Positions 26,959 to 38,775 of a stretch of DNA of 64,000 nt are shown one piece after another. The position numbers and the translations under genes are program-made. This stretch comes from Candidatus Bipolaricaulota bacterium (lineage in GTDB: Bacteria > Patescibacteriota > Patescibacteriia > UBA11705 > DATKZF01), in contig DATKZF010000003.1 in assembly GCA_035528115.1 (NCBI GenBank), positions 22,699-86,698 on the forward strand, in the 5' to 3' direction. Each line of letters begins with the position of its first letter. Positions within the stretch are counted from its first letter, which is position 1. Below the pieces are notes generated by a model. That model saw only the letters and a list, made by a program, of their open reading frames with translations, was not told where the DNA came from and searched no databases.

Positions 26959-28017
26959 ATGAAACACTTCGGTTGCTTGTTCGCGTGCGTACTGGTTCTG
27001 GGCTGCGGCGACAACGGCAGCAAGCCACAACTGGGCGATGCCCAGGACGTCGCCGTGTTCGATTTCTCGGGCAACGACCTCCAAGAGACGTTCATGCCCG
27101 ACACGTCCGGCGACGTCAGCGCCGCCGAAGTCACGAGCGACGCGACCATCGAGGACGCCGGCGAGGACTCGGCCATCGAGGCCGGTTCCGACCTGCCGAC
27201 GCAAGACATGATCGAAGACGCGCCGGTCGAGCTGTGCGGCAATGGAGCGCTCGATCCGGGCGAGCAGTGCGACGGCGTCCCCGCGGACGACGTCAACTGT
27301 CAGACGCTCGGCTTCTACGCCGGGCACCTGTCCTGCGCGGACTGTTCGTTCGACACCAGCCAGTGCTCGAACGAAGTGCCCCCGACCTGCGGGGACGGCA
27401 ACGTGGACGCGGGAGAGGACTGCGATGGCGACAACCTCGCGGGATCCTACTGCACCTCGCTCGGATGGGAATTCACGGGCGGTTCGCTCGCCTGCCTCGA
27501 CTGCGCCTTCGACGCCAGCGGCTGCACTCCCCAGTGCGGCAACGGCGTCTGCGAGCCGGAAGAGTCCTACGACTCATGTCCGGACGACTGTCCGCAACCA
27601 TGCCTGGAGGCGCTCGTCATGGCCTTCGCGGCCGACGGTCCGCAGAACCTGGTCATGAACGTGAATGCGCACGTGGCCAGAATCAGCTTGTCCGCCATCG
27701 GCGAGAACGCGGTCGTGGACACGTTGACGTTCCGCGTCGCGGTCCAGATCGCCACGCCGGACAGCGACGTGGAGACCTGGCGTCTCAAGACGGAGACCAC
27801 GCTCGTGATCGCCGACTACCTGGCCGATCTCTCGGGCGATGAGAACGGCTTAGTGATCTTCAACATCAACAACCCGCTGACAATCACTCCCGGCGCGCCG
27901 AGGACGCTGGACATCTTCGTCAACACGGCCGAGATGGACGCGGCAACCGACACCCTTCAGCTGTGGCTCGTAACGGGCTGCGGCGAAGAGGTGGAAGGTC
28001 CGTTGCTGATCAAGTAA
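26959..28017 (+). CDS. lipoprotein with myxo-type cysteine-rich repeats (CGNGxxDxGExCDG) and a C-terminal domain shared with the giant protein
   Basis: 353 aa from ATG 26959 (AGGAGG RBS); signal MKHFGCLFACVLVLGC; CGNGALDPGEQCDG, CGDGNVDAGEDCDGDN and CGNGVCEPEE repeats; C-terminal TLQLWL motif also present in the 22718 protein. Confidence 0.65.
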   Translation: MKHFGCLFACVLVLGCGDNGSKPQLGDAQDVAVFDFSGNDLQETFMPDTSGDVSAAEVTSDATIEDAGEDSAIEAGSDLPTQDMIEDAPVELCGNGALDPGEQCDGVPADDVNCQTLGFYAGHLSCADCSFDTSQCSNEVPPTCGDGNVDAGEDCDGDNLAGSYCTSLGWEFTGGSLACLDCAFDASGCTPQCGNGVCEPEESYDSCPDDCPQPCLEALVMAFAADGPQNLVMNVNAHVARISLSAIGENAVVDTLTFRVAVQIATPDSDVETWRLKTETTLVIADYLADLSGDENGLVIFNINNPLTITPGAPRTLDIFVNTAEMDAATDTLQLWLVTGCGEEVEGPLLIK

Positions 28018-28051
28018 AAACAAGTCCGGCCAAGCCCGGACACAACACGAA

Positions 28052-28100
28052 AAAACGCCTTCCGGTCAGTCTGGAAGGCGTTTGAAATTTTAATTTTTTT
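28052..28100. terminator. rho-independent terminator (copy 2 of the duplicated terminator; may also terminate ligA)
   Basis: gaaaaaacgccttccggtcagtctggaaggcgtttgaaattttaattttttttt. Confidence 0.7.
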
Positions 28101-30239
<2,139 letters not shown>

Positions 30240-31247
30240 TTACTTCGAAGCTAAAATCTCAACCATCTTCACCAAATGATAACTATAGGCGTATTCATTG
30301 TCATACCACGCCATGATCTTCACCAAATCGCCGTCGACGACTTTCGTAAAATTCAAATCGACAATGGCCGAATAAATCGTGCCCACGATATCCGAAGACA
30401 CCAAAGCCTCTTTTGACACGCCCAAAACTTCCCTATAACGCGCGGTCTTGGCCGCGTCCATGAAAGCTTTATTGACCGCGGCCACGGTCGTTTTCTTTTT
30501 GGTCACAATGGTAAAATCCGACAACGAACCGCAAGACAGCGGAACCCGAACCGCCACCGCGTCGAATTTGTCTTTCAGCCCGGGCAAGGTTTTGACAGTG
30601 GCCAAAGCCGCGCCCGTGGAAGTGGGAGACATATTCATAGCGGCCGCGCGGCCGCGTCTAAAGTCCTTGGGATCCGGGCCATCAACCAATTTTTGCGTGG
30701 CCGTGTACGCGTGGATGGTGGTCATTAAAGCTTTTTTAATGCCGAATTTGGCTTGCATGATCGCCATGATCGGAGAAACGCAATTGGTGGTGCAGGACGC
30801 GTTGGAGATAACGACATCTTTTTTGGAAATCTTATTTTCATTGGCGCCGGCCACGAAAGTCTTTAAATCGGCCGACTTGGTCGGCGCGGAAATTATGACT
30901 TTTTTGGCGCCGGCTTTTATATGCTTGAAAGCGCCGTCTTTGTCCGTAAAAAATCCCGTGCATTCCAAAACCACGTCAACGCCCAGTTTTTCCCAAGGCA
31001 GTTTGGCCGGATCCTTTTCCGCGAATGTTTGAACTTTAACATCATCGATTTTCAAAAAATCTTTGCCCGCGAAAACCTGTCGATCGTATCTGCCGTAAAC
31101 CGTGTCGTATTTTAAAAGATAAGCCAAATTTTCCGGATCCACCAAATCATTTATGGCGACCACTTTTATTTTTTTGTTTTCCAAAGCAACTTTAAAAGCC
31201 GCGCGGCCGATGCGGCCGAAGCCGTTGATGGCGATTTTTATGGGCAT
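30240..31247 (-). CDS. gap: glyceraldehyde-3-phosphate dehydrogenase
   Basis: 335 aa; NGFGRIGR Rossmann motif; catalytic SCTTNC. Confidence 0.9.
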   Translation of the reverse strand: MPIKIAINGFGRIGRAAFKVALENKKIKVVAINDLVDPENLAYLLKYDTVYGRYDRQVFAGKDFLKIDDVKVQTFAEKDPAKLPWEKLGVDVVLECTGFFTDKDGAFKHIKAGAKKVIISAPTKSADLKTFVAGANENKISKKDVVISNASCTTNCVSPIMAIMQAKFGIKKALMTTIHAYTATQKLVDGPDPKDFRRGRAAAMNMSPTSTGAALATVKTLPGLKDKFDAVAVRVPLSCGSLSDFTIVTKKKTTVAAVNKAFMDAAKTARYREVLGVSKEALVSSDIVGTIYSAIVDLNFTKVVDGDLVKIMAWYDNEYAYSYHLVKMVEILASK

Positions 31248-31261
31248 AATTTTTATTTTAG

Positions 31262-31320
31262 TGAGTAAAAAGTAATTAGAAACTGGAAACCGGAAACTAG
31301 AAACTGGGGATGGAAAAATC
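31262..31320 (-). promoter_or_regulatory. conserved upstream module (family E: atttctccatcccc-gtttc-aatttccggtttccggtttc) in the gap leader
   Basis: same module in the same orientation lies about 35-90 nt upstream of the dnaB start (262-345) and the 42310 ORF start (42216-42300). Confidence 0.5.
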
Positions 31321-31337
31321 TATTCCCAAAAATCAGG

Positions 31338-31421
31338 AAAAGATCTCTCCGCTTCGTCATCCTTCGCCGCGGCTTCGGACGACTTCCTGCCTGCCGGCAG
31401 GCAGGCGGTCGAGATGACAAC
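31338..31421. repeat. MITE-like element family C (reverse orientation) with a family B-like palindrome
   Basis: reverse complement reads ttgtcatctcgaccgcctgcctgccggcaggcaggaagtcgtccgaagccgcggcgaaggatgacgaagcggagagatcttttcc. Confidence 0.65.
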
Positions 31422-31513
31422 AGCGGCAGACTTGTCTCTTTATTTCTCTGTTCTTTTGTTCCATGCTCCATGATACATGATTCATGATACAGGCGTGATA
31501 CGTGCTCCATGAC

Positions 31514-31999
31514 TCATGCTGCCGCGGATTGTTCTTCAAACTGAACCATAAGATCATCAATCACTTCTTTCGCCAAAGCTTCCACCTTAGCCACCATTTT
31601 TTTTCTGTTCGCCAATTTATACGCTTTAACGTCTTCCTGCTCATCTTGCGACATGACATTTTCCGGATCCTTATATTCTTTAAGCAGCGAATTCACTTTT
31701 TTCATCATTTTCTCCGCCTCTTTTTCGTCAAAAAAATCATCGATGGCGGATTGGATGTCTCCCAAAACAATCGATGCCCAGGTCGTTCTCAATTTATTTT
31801 CAAAAACTTTTTGACTTTCCTTTCTGGCGTATTTATCTTTATAACTTTCAGGACTCACCCACTCGTCTTCGAGTATTGGCCAAGCCAGCACTCTGTCAAA
31901 ATCGGCTATGGTTTTTCCGATTGCAATGGCTCGCTCCCTGTCTTGCGCGGGAACCTCCGACTTTCTCAATACATTTTCTTTCATATTTTTATGAAACAA
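31514..31999 (-). CDS. hypothetical protein
   Basis: 161 aa charged/helical ORF with no recognisable motif. Confidence 0.45.
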   Translation of the reverse strand: MFHKNMKENVLRKSEVPAQDRERAIAIGKTIADFDRVLAWPILEDEWVSPESYKDKYARKESQKVFENKLRTTWASIVLGDIQSAIDDFFDEKEAEKMMKKVNSLLKEYKDPENVMSQDEQEDVKAYKLANRKKMVAKVEALAKEVIDDLMVQFEEQSAAA

Positions 32000-33104
32000 A
32001 TTTATTCCAAATATTCGCGAAAACGTCTTTGAATTTGAATATGTCTCTGCCTGTAATCATTATAATCAATAAAATCAGCAAAGCAAAACCGATCGTGTGA
32101 ATGATATTCTCGATTTTTTGATTGATCGGCTTGCCGCGCAATTTTTCAATCAGCAGGAAAAGAGCCCGCCCGCCGTCGAGCGCCGGAAACGGAATGAAGT
32201 TGATTATCATCAAGTTAATCGATAAGAGCGCCGCGAATTGAATCACATAAATAATGCCCATTCTGGTGAATTGTCCGGTCAAGACGGCAATGCCCACCGG
32301 ACCGGCGACATCAAGGCCGGCGTGGCCGGTCGTCACCAAATTTTTAATCACGATCGCCAAACCTTTGACGATTTGTCCGGTCAGCAATGTCCCGCTTTTC
32401 AAACCGAGCCACAAAGATTTGTACCACGGATAAGATACGATGGCGGTCGAAACCACGCTCACGCCGATGCCGGGCTGTCCCAAATTCTCGAAATAAACGG
32501 GAGAAACGGACAAAGCCAGTGTCTCGTCGTATCTTTTGACTTTAATGTCAACGCTTTGTCCTTCTTTGGTTTTGATAATTTCCGCCACTTGCGAAGACGA
32601 CGACAAAGCTTGACCGTCTATTTCCAAAATGGCGTCGCCCGGCTCCAGTCCCGCGTCCATGGCCGGCGAATCGGCAGAGACTTCATACACCTGAACTTGC
32701 TTGTTTTTCAATAAAGCGGAGTTATCGCCGTTATCGATAATTTGCGGCGCGCCGATCATAAAACCGATTGACAATAAAACGCAGGCCAAAACGAAATTCA
32801 TGAATACGCCGGCGATGATTATTGCAAAACGCTTCCAAACTTTTTGAGCAATAAAGCTGTCTTTGTCTTCTTTATGCGCTCCGTCCTCGCCTTTTATTTT
32901 CACAAATCCCCCCAAAGGAATCCAATTCACCGAATAAAGGATGCCGGTTTTTTTGCTTTTGTATCCCCAAGCTTTGGGCGGAAAACCGATGCCGAATTCC
33001 TCGATTTTGACGCCGAGCTTTCTGGCCGTGAAATAATGGCCGATTTCGTGAACCAAAACCAAGACGGATAAAATGATGATGAAGACTATTGCAGTTAGGA
33101 GCAT
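31989..33104 (-). CDS. rseP: RIP metalloprotease RseP (site-2 protease, M50 family) with PDZ domain
   Basis: 371 aa; HEIGH motif (LVHEIGHYFTARKLG); PDZ region; LDGG motif (FPALDGGRAL). Confidence 0.8.
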   Translation of the reverse strand: MLLTAIVFIIILSVLVLVHEIGHYFTARKLGVKIEEFGIGFPPKAWGYKSKKTGILYSVNWIPLGGFVKIKGEDGAHKEDKDSFIAQKVWKRFAIIIAGVFMNFVLACVLLSIGFMIGAPQIIDNGDNSALLKNKQVQVYEVSADSPAMDAGLEPGDAILEIDGQALSSSSQVAEIIKTKEGQSVDIKVKRYDETLALSVSPVYFENLGQPGIGVSVVSTAIVSYPWYKSLWLGLKSGTLLTGQIVKGLAIVIKNLVTTGHAGLDVAGPVGIAVLTGQFTRMGIIYVIQFAALLSINLMIINFIPFPALDGGRALFLLIEKLRGKPINQKIENIIHTIGFALLILLIIMITGRDIFKFKDVFANIWNKFVS

Positions 33105-33139
33105 AATTTAAAATTAGTAATGAGTAAAAAGTAATGGGT

Positions 33140-33332
33140 AATTTGTTACGAATTACATTCTTCCATTTAGCTTCCAAGCGGTTGTTACGCCTGCCTGCTC
33201 CTCGAGTCTGAGCGACCTCGGAGTCGAAGACCGGCAGGCAGGAAGTACATTAACTTATAGCTTTAAGCCTGAGAATCTTGTAATACGTAACAAATAACCT
33301 AAAAGCTAAATAGAATATTGTAATTCGTAACA
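33140..33332. repeat. MITE-like element family A with nested family B palindrome (33190-33242)
   Basis: gtaatttgttacgaattacattc ... cctgcctgctcctcgagtctgagcgacctcggagtcgaagaccggcaggcagg ... ttgtaattcgtaacaa. Confidence 0.7.
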
Positions 33333-33335
33333 ATG

Positions 33336-34148
33336 CTACGTGCTACGTAAATCAACCTGCTCGATTTTTAATTTCTGTCCCAAAAACCTCTCGGCCATCT
33401 TTTCAAAATTCTCCGTCAAATCAGTCGCCAAATATTTTCTCTCTTTATTTTTACCCAATTTCGTTTCGATTTCAGGATGTCTTTTCAAATAATCTTTCAG
33501 CGACTCGGCCACGATCTTGGCCGGGTTGGGAACATCGACTTGCTTTCCCATCACCCGCCTGATTTGCTTGATTAAAATCGGATAATGAGTGCAACCCAAA
33601 ATCAAACTTTGAATTTTTTTGTTTTTTAACGGCCGCAGATAAGTTCTCAAAATCCTCATGGTTTCCGGACGATTGAGCCAATTTTCTTCAATCAGCGGCA
33701 CGAACAAAGGGGTGGCCGCTTGAAAAATCTTGGCTTTTGATTTTAATTTTTCCAATTCTTTTTTATAAACATTTGACGCGATGGTGCCCCTGGTGCCGAT
33801 GACCCCGATTCTTTTATAATCTTTTACGGCGAAAAATTCCGCCACCGGCCTGATGACTCCGAGTATTCTTTTCGTCTCGGAATTTTTCACCGGCAGATAA
33901 TCCTCTTGCAATCTTTTCAAAGCCAAGCCTGAGGAAGTATTGCAAGCCACGATAATCAATTCACAGCCTTGCTCAAACAAATAATCGCAAGCTTGTTTGG
34001 AAAACTCATAAATCGCCTCGGCCGAGCGATTGCCGTAAGGCACGCGGGCCGTGTCGCCCAAATACAAGTAATCGTATTGCGGCAAATTTTTCAATAATTG
34101 CCTAAGGACCGTTAAGCCGCCCAGGCCTGAATCGAATACTCCAATCAT
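33336..34148 (-). CDS. murI: glutamate racemase
   Basis: 270 aa; IGVFDSGLGGLTV; catalytic ACNTSS and GCTHYP motifs. Confidence 0.85.
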   Translation of the reverse strand: MIGVFDSGLGGLTVLRQLLKNLPQYDYLYLGDTARVPYGNRSAEAIYEFSKQACDYLFEQGCELIIVACNTSSGLALKRLQEDYLPVKNSETKRILGVIRPVAEFFAVKDYKRIGVIGTRGTIASNVYKKELEKLKSKAKIFQAATPLFVPLIEENWLNRPETMRILRTYLRPLKNKKIQSLILGCTHYPILIKQIRRVMGKQVDVPNPAKIVAESLKDYLKRHPEIETKLGKNKERKYLATDLTENFEKMAERFLGQKLKIEQVDLRST

Positions 34149-34259
34149 AAATAAACTGGGAATAGTTATGACATTATTAATTTACGAGGTTGTTAGGTCG
34201 TAGGTTCTTAGGGAAGCTATGAAATCCAACCCTAAAAACCTAATAACCTACCACCTACT

Positions 34260-35609
34260 TTATGTTTCATGCTTAATCAAAGCTGATATTTCAGTCGTCT
34301 TTGCCTCCATCATCTCTTTGGTCTTTGCTTCCAAATTCAATCTAAGCACCGACTCGGTGTTCGATGCTCTCACATTGAACCACCAATCATCAAATTCTAT
34401 TCTGATCCCGTCCATTTGCGAAACGTCTTTGGCGCCGGCCGCGTATTTTGATTTTAAATTATTCATGACGCCGTCCTGGTCATTGACTTCGAAATTCAAT
34501 TCACCCGATCGAAAATAAACATCCACCGCCCTGACCATTTTCGATAATTTTTCATTTTTTTCCGACAGCAATTCAAGCATGTAAAGCATGGTCAAATCAG
34601 CGGACTCGACATTGAAGAAATCACGGTAATAAAAGTGGCTGGACAATTCTCCGGCAAAAACCGCTTTTTGTCTGGCCATTTCCTTTATAATCAATGTCCT
34701 GCCCACCTTGAACATGACCGGCTGACCGCCGGCTTTCAAAACCGCCTCTTTGACCGCCCAGCCGGAGCGCAGATCATAAATGACTTTGCCGCCCGGATGC
34801 TTGGTCAAAACTTTCTCGGCCAAAAGCGCGGTTGCGATATCGCCTGACAAAATATTTCCTTGGTCATCGACAAAACCGACGCGATCCGCGTCGCCGTCAA
34901 AGGCCACTCCCAAGTCCGCGCCGCTTTCTTTGACTTTGGCCACCAAAGCGACCAGAGTTTCCTTTTTCAAGGGGTTGGCCTCATGATTGGGGAAATTGCC
35001 GTCAAGTTCCTTAAATAAATATTCAACGCGGCAAGGCAAACGATCCATGATTTGGTCTATCAAAAGTCCTCCCACGGCATTGGCCGTGTCAATGACCACT
35101 TTGAACGGCTTGATTTTCTCAATATCGATCAAGGATAAAATTTTATCCAAATATTCTTTTTGAAAATTCAATTCTTTGACCGCGCCTTTTTCCTTTTGTT
35201 CGAACTCGGCCTCAGCCATCAAATGCTTGATTTTATTCAAACCATGTTCCAGTCCGATCGGTTCGCCGTTTTTATCCAAGAATTTAAAACCGTTCCATTC
35301 TTTGGGATTATGCGAGGCCGTCACCATAATTCCCAAATCGACTTTTTTGTCAGTCAAAACGGAAAAATTAAACAGCGGCGTGGAAGCCAAGCCGATATCG
35401 ATCGCCTCCGCTCCCCCGTCAATGATGCCTTCGATCAAAGATTGTTTCAATTCCGGACTGGAAATTCTGGCATCGGCGCCGACCAGCACGGTCTTGGCAC
35501 TGGCAAAGGCCACAGCCGCTCGGCCCAGCAAAAAAGCGAATTCCTTGTTTATCCGCTCGGGATAAACGCCTCTAATATCATAGGCCTTGAAAATTTCATG
35601 GTCTTTCAT
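34260..35609 (-). CDS. phosphoglucomutase/phosphomannomutase family protein
   Basis: 449 aa; active-site TASHNPKEWNGFK; Mg-binding DGDADR. Confidence 0.8.
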   Translation of the reverse strand: MKDHEIFKAYDIRGVYPERINKEFAFLLGRAAVAFASAKTVLVGADARISSPELKQSLIEGIIDGGAEAIDIGLASTPLFNFSVLTDKKVDLGIMVTASHNPKEWNGFKFLDKNGEPIGLEHGLNKIKHLMAEAEFEQKEKGAVKELNFQKEYLDKILSLIDIEKIKPFKVVIDTANAVGGLLIDQIMDRLPCRVEYLFKELDGNFPNHEANPLKKETLVALVAKVKESGADLGVAFDGDADRVGFVDDQGNILSGDIATALLAEKVLTKHPGGKVIYDLRSGWAVKEAVLKAGGQPVMFKVGRTLIIKEMARQKAVFAGELSSHFYYRDFFNVESADLTMLYMLELLSEKNEKLSKMVRAVDVYFRSGELNFEVNDQDGVMNNLKSKYAAGAKDVSQMDGIRIEFDDWWFNVRASNTESVLRLNLEAKTKEMMEAKTTEISALIKHET

Positions 35610-35722
35610 AAAATATCCTTTTTAAGGTTATACAAATTCAATTTTACAGAAAAAATGGAATTACCACAAGTAAAAGCGCCCCGCCGAAATAATGACGGAG
35701 CGCTTTCCAATTATTAAAACGA

Positions 35723-36862
35723 TTAAGATTTGGAACTGTCCTTGATCGCCAAAATAAAGGCTCCCAGACCAACCAAGACGAGAACAACCCAGACCATTCC
35801 TCCGACAAACGGAATCAAGCCGATAACGGACAAGACAACCAAGCCGATCAAAAATCCCAAGTAACGATCTATTTTTTTCTTTTTGAATAAATATTTCAGT
35901 AACAAAGACCCGACGAATAAACCGGCGAAGACTTTCGAAACATACAACATCACCAAGAACAAAACCAAGGAAACGACGGCCAACGGCGCGCCGATGATGG
36001 TAATCAGTAAAATGACAAAAGCGACGGGCATCAGTATTAGCGCCAAGAATCCGAGGCCCAAGCTGACGCCGAATCTTTCCATGGCCTTGGCCGCCACCCG
36101 TTCGCCGAATTTGCCGAAAACGGCCATTAGCAAAAGACCTATTAAAAGCAGAGCGGCGAATGAAAAGATCTTTTTGCCCCAAAAATTATTTCGCGATTTT
36201 TCGGCGCTAACAGCCGCCACATTGACTTTTTTCACCACTTCGCCTTCCACGATCGCGCCATCTTCGCTTATCAACTCATTCGGCGCGGAGTATGTTATGC
36301 CTCCTTTGACATTGGCGCTGGAATGCAAAATAAATTGACCTTCTTTATCAATGCTGGCCCTAACCCCTTGATCAATGGCAGAATTGATTTCGAGCGATCC
36401 GGCCGCGACGCTGAGAGTTCCTTTCACCGGTCCGTTAACATTGACCAAACCGCCGGCCGCCATCAAATCCCAGCCGATCTCGGCGTTTTCCTTGACGAAA
36501 ATAATACCGGCGGCCACGGTCGCGTTTTTGCCGACTTTGCCGTCGATTTCAAAACTGCTGGCTCCGCCGCGCACATTGCCGGCCACATTGCCGGAGATTC
36601 GAACATATGAACCGAAAACGATCAAGTCGCCGTCTATATTACCGGTGACATTGACCATGTTGCCGAAGACGTAAACGTCTTTTTTGAAATTGCCGCCCAA
36701 GTCAATGGACTGACCGGCCGCGATGAAATTGGTCTCGACATCTTGCCCTGCCGGAATATAAATATTTTGCGGCATGGACTCACCGGCCAAAGAGACGGCC
36801 GGCATGGCCAAAGACATCAAAGCAACGCCCAAAACGGCGATTAGAACTTTTGTTTTTTTCAT
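35723..36862 (-). CDS. membrane protein with bactofilin-like (polymer-forming) repeats and C-terminal TM helices
   Basis: start MKKTKVLIAVLG (signal); repeated GN(I/V)xG(D/N)(L/V) beta-helix-like units; 3-4 C-terminal TM helices. Confidence 0.5.
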   Translation of the reverse strand: MKKTKVLIAVLGVALMSLAMPAVSLAGESMPQNIYIPAGQDVETNFIAAGQSIDLGGNFKKDVYVFGNMVNVTGNIDGDLIVFGSYVRISGNVAGNVRGGASSFEIDGKVGKNATVAAGIIFVKENAEIGWDLMAAGGLVNVNGPVKGTLSVAAGSLEINSAIDQGVRASIDKEGQFILHSSANVKGGITYSAPNELISEDGAIVEGEVVKKVNVAAVSAEKSRNNFWGKKIFSFAALLLIGLLLMAVFGKFGERVAAKAMERFGVSLGLGFLALILMPVAFVILLITIIGAPLAVVSLVLFLVMLYVSKVFAGLFVGSLLLKYLFKKKKIDRYLGFLIGLVVLSVIGLIPFVGGMVWVVLVLVGLGAFILAIKDSSKS

Positions 36863-36973
36863 AAAAAGGCTATTTGAATTATTAAATACGATTTTTGACA
36901 TTCCCGTTTATTCATTATACAATATTTAAACAAACAATCAAATATTCGTAATTAATATTAACTTAAAAATGTT

Positions 36974-37609
36974 ATGACAGGTTTACTAATAGTCATTGCA
37001 GCGATCGTGGTTATCGCCCTTTGGCTGGTCGGAATTTACAACGGTTTAATCAAGCTGAAAAACAGAACGCAAGAAGCTTGGTCCGATATCGACGTGCAGC
37101 TGAAAAGGCGCTATGATCTGATCCCCAATTTGGTGGAAACGGTCAAAGGCTACGCCACTCACGAGCAATCGACATTTCTCAAAGTCACCGAGGCGAGGAA
37201 CATGGCCATGGCGGCCACCACGCCCGAAGAAAAAGCCAAAACGGAAAACATGCTTTCTTCCACTTTGAAAACCTTGTTCGCTGTCGCTGAAAATTATCCG
37301 GAATTGAAAGCGAATCAAAATTTCTTGCAACTGCAAGATGAATTGTCCGACACGGAAAATAAAATTCAATCTTCCCGCAGATTTTACAATGGCAATGTCA
37401 GAGACTTTAACACCAAAATCGAAGTTTTTCCGAACAACATGATTGCCGGAACTTTAGGATTTAAAAAATTCGAATATTTCGAGGCGGAGGAAGAAGAAAA
37501 GAAAAACGTGAAAGTCAGTTTTCAGAACGAACAACCGGCGACTCCGGCTCCTGCTCCGGAAAATAAACCGGAAAACATGAACGGAGAAAGCGAATCAAAG
37601 CCGCAATAA
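36974..37609 (+). CDS. lemA: LemA family protein
   Basis: 211 aa; N-terminal TM plus WSDIDVQLKRRYDLIPNLVETVKGYA, which is the LemA consensus. Confidence 0.8.
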   Translation: MTGLLIVIAAIVVIALWLVGIYNGLIKLKNRTQEAWSDIDVQLKRRYDLIPNLVETVKGYATHEQSTFLKVTEARNMAMAATTPEEKAKTENMLSSTLKTLFAVAENYPELKANQNFLQLQDELSDTENKIQSSRRFYNGNVRDFNTKIEVFPNNMIAGTLGFKKFEYFEAEEEEKKNVKVSFQNEQPATPAPAPENKPENMNGESESKPQ

Positions 37610-37670
37610 TCTTTTACAATTCACTCGGCGTTAAACAGGCAAAAGTTAAGCGCTTTTGCTTGTTTGATAA

Positions 37671-37808
37671 ATGTTACGAATTACAATATTCTATTTAGCT
37701 TTCAGGTTATTTGTTACTAATTACAATCTTCTTAAGCATAATGCTATGGGTGAATGTAATTTGTAATATTCGTCTGTAGGCCAAATGGAATCTTGTAATT
37801 CGTAACAA
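37671..37808. repeat. MITE-like element family A (about 85% identical to the copy at 1714-1829)
   Basis: atgttacgaattacaat...agctttcaggttatttgttac...ggtgaatgtaatttgtaa...ttgtaattcgtaacaatg. Confidence 0.7.
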
Positions 37809-37878
37809 TGTAACAATGATTCATGTTATGTGTTATGTGATACGTGTTACGTGATATGTGTTCCATGATCCAGGAAAT

Positions 37879-38775
37879 ATGTACAAACAAATAGACTCCA
37901 ATAAAAGAAAAAGTTTTTTTCTGGTAACCATCTTCATTATCATTGTGTTATTGTTGGGCGCGATTTTCGGATATTTGACCGGATACTTTTTCGAATTCGT
38001 CTTTTTGGCTATTGTCATTTCGCTGGTCATGACGCTGGTCAGCTATTTTCAAGGAGATAAAATCGCGCTCGCTTCCGCCGGTGCGGTCGGGCCGATAGCC
38101 GAATCGGAGAATAAATACGTTTATCGATTGGTGCAAAATTTATGCATCACCGCCGGCCTGCCCATGCCGAAAATTTATCTGATCAATGACCCGGCGCCCA
38201 ACGCTTTTGCCACGGGCAGAAAACCTGAGATGGCTTCGATCGCCTTGACCACGGGCCTGATTGAAAAGCTGGAAAACGAAGAACTCGAAGGCGTCATCGC
38301 CCATGAATTGTCGCACATAAAAAATTACGATATCAGACTGATGATGATGGTGCTGATTCTGGTCGGCACGGTGGCGCTCATGGCCAATTGGTTTTTCAGA
38401 TTCTCCGCTTTCGGCGGACGCTCGCGAGATCGAAGCGGCCAAGCAGGAGGAATTTTGATTATCGTCGGCATCGTATTATCTCTTTTATCTCCTTTGATCG
38501 CCGAATTGATCAAATTGGCCATTTCTAGAAAAAGAGAATTTTTGGCTGACGCAGACGGCGCGCTTTTGACTCGCTATCCTGAAGGCTTGGCCAAAGCTCT
38601 TGAAAAAATCTCAGCTTACGACAGACCCATGGCCAAAGCCAGCAACGCCTCGGCCCATCTTTACATCGCCAATCCGTTTTTCGGGCAAAAAAAATTTTTG
38701 ACCGGCTTATTTTCCACTCATCCGCCGATTGAAAAAAGAATCGGCGAACTCAGAGGCATGGAAAGAAATTTATAA
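37879..38775 (+). CDS. htpX: zinc metalloprotease HtpX (M48 family)
   Basis: HELSH motif (IAHELSHIKNYD); 4 TM segments; start set at MYKQ (37879) because the upstream ATG lies in a family D repeat. Confidence 0.8.
   Translation: MYKQIDSNKRKSFFLVTIFIIIVLLLGAIFGYLTGYFFEFVFLAIVISLVMTLVSYFQGDKIALASAGAVGPIAESENKYVYRLVQNLCITAGLPMPKIYLINDPAPNAFATGRKPEMASIALTTGLIEKLENEELEGVIAHELSHIKNYDIRLMMMVLILVGTVALMANWFFRFSAFGGRSRDRSGQAGGILIIVGIVLSLLSPLIAELIKLAISRKREFLADADGALLTRYPEGLAKALEKISAYDRPMAKASNASAHLYIANPFFGQKKFLTGLFSTHPPIEKRIGELRGMERNL

Larger units (their letters stand above)
22005..28050 (+). other. foreign high-GC (about 65%) three-gene island inserted between gatC and ligA
   Basis: abrupt composition shift; GC3-rich codons; all three ORFs on plus strand with AGGAGG/GAGGAG RBS; duplicated terminator at the ends. 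Confidence 0.7.

Noticed and set aside
21960-28100. GC-rich island as a metagenomic mis-assembly (chimeric contig)
   Set aside because: It cannot be excluded without reads. It seems less likely because host-type AT-rich promoter DNA and host repeat families abut it on both sides within a few bases, both flanking genes (gatC and ligA) are intact, and the island ends in a terminator that also serves ligA. Kept as a finding with the chimera check stated.
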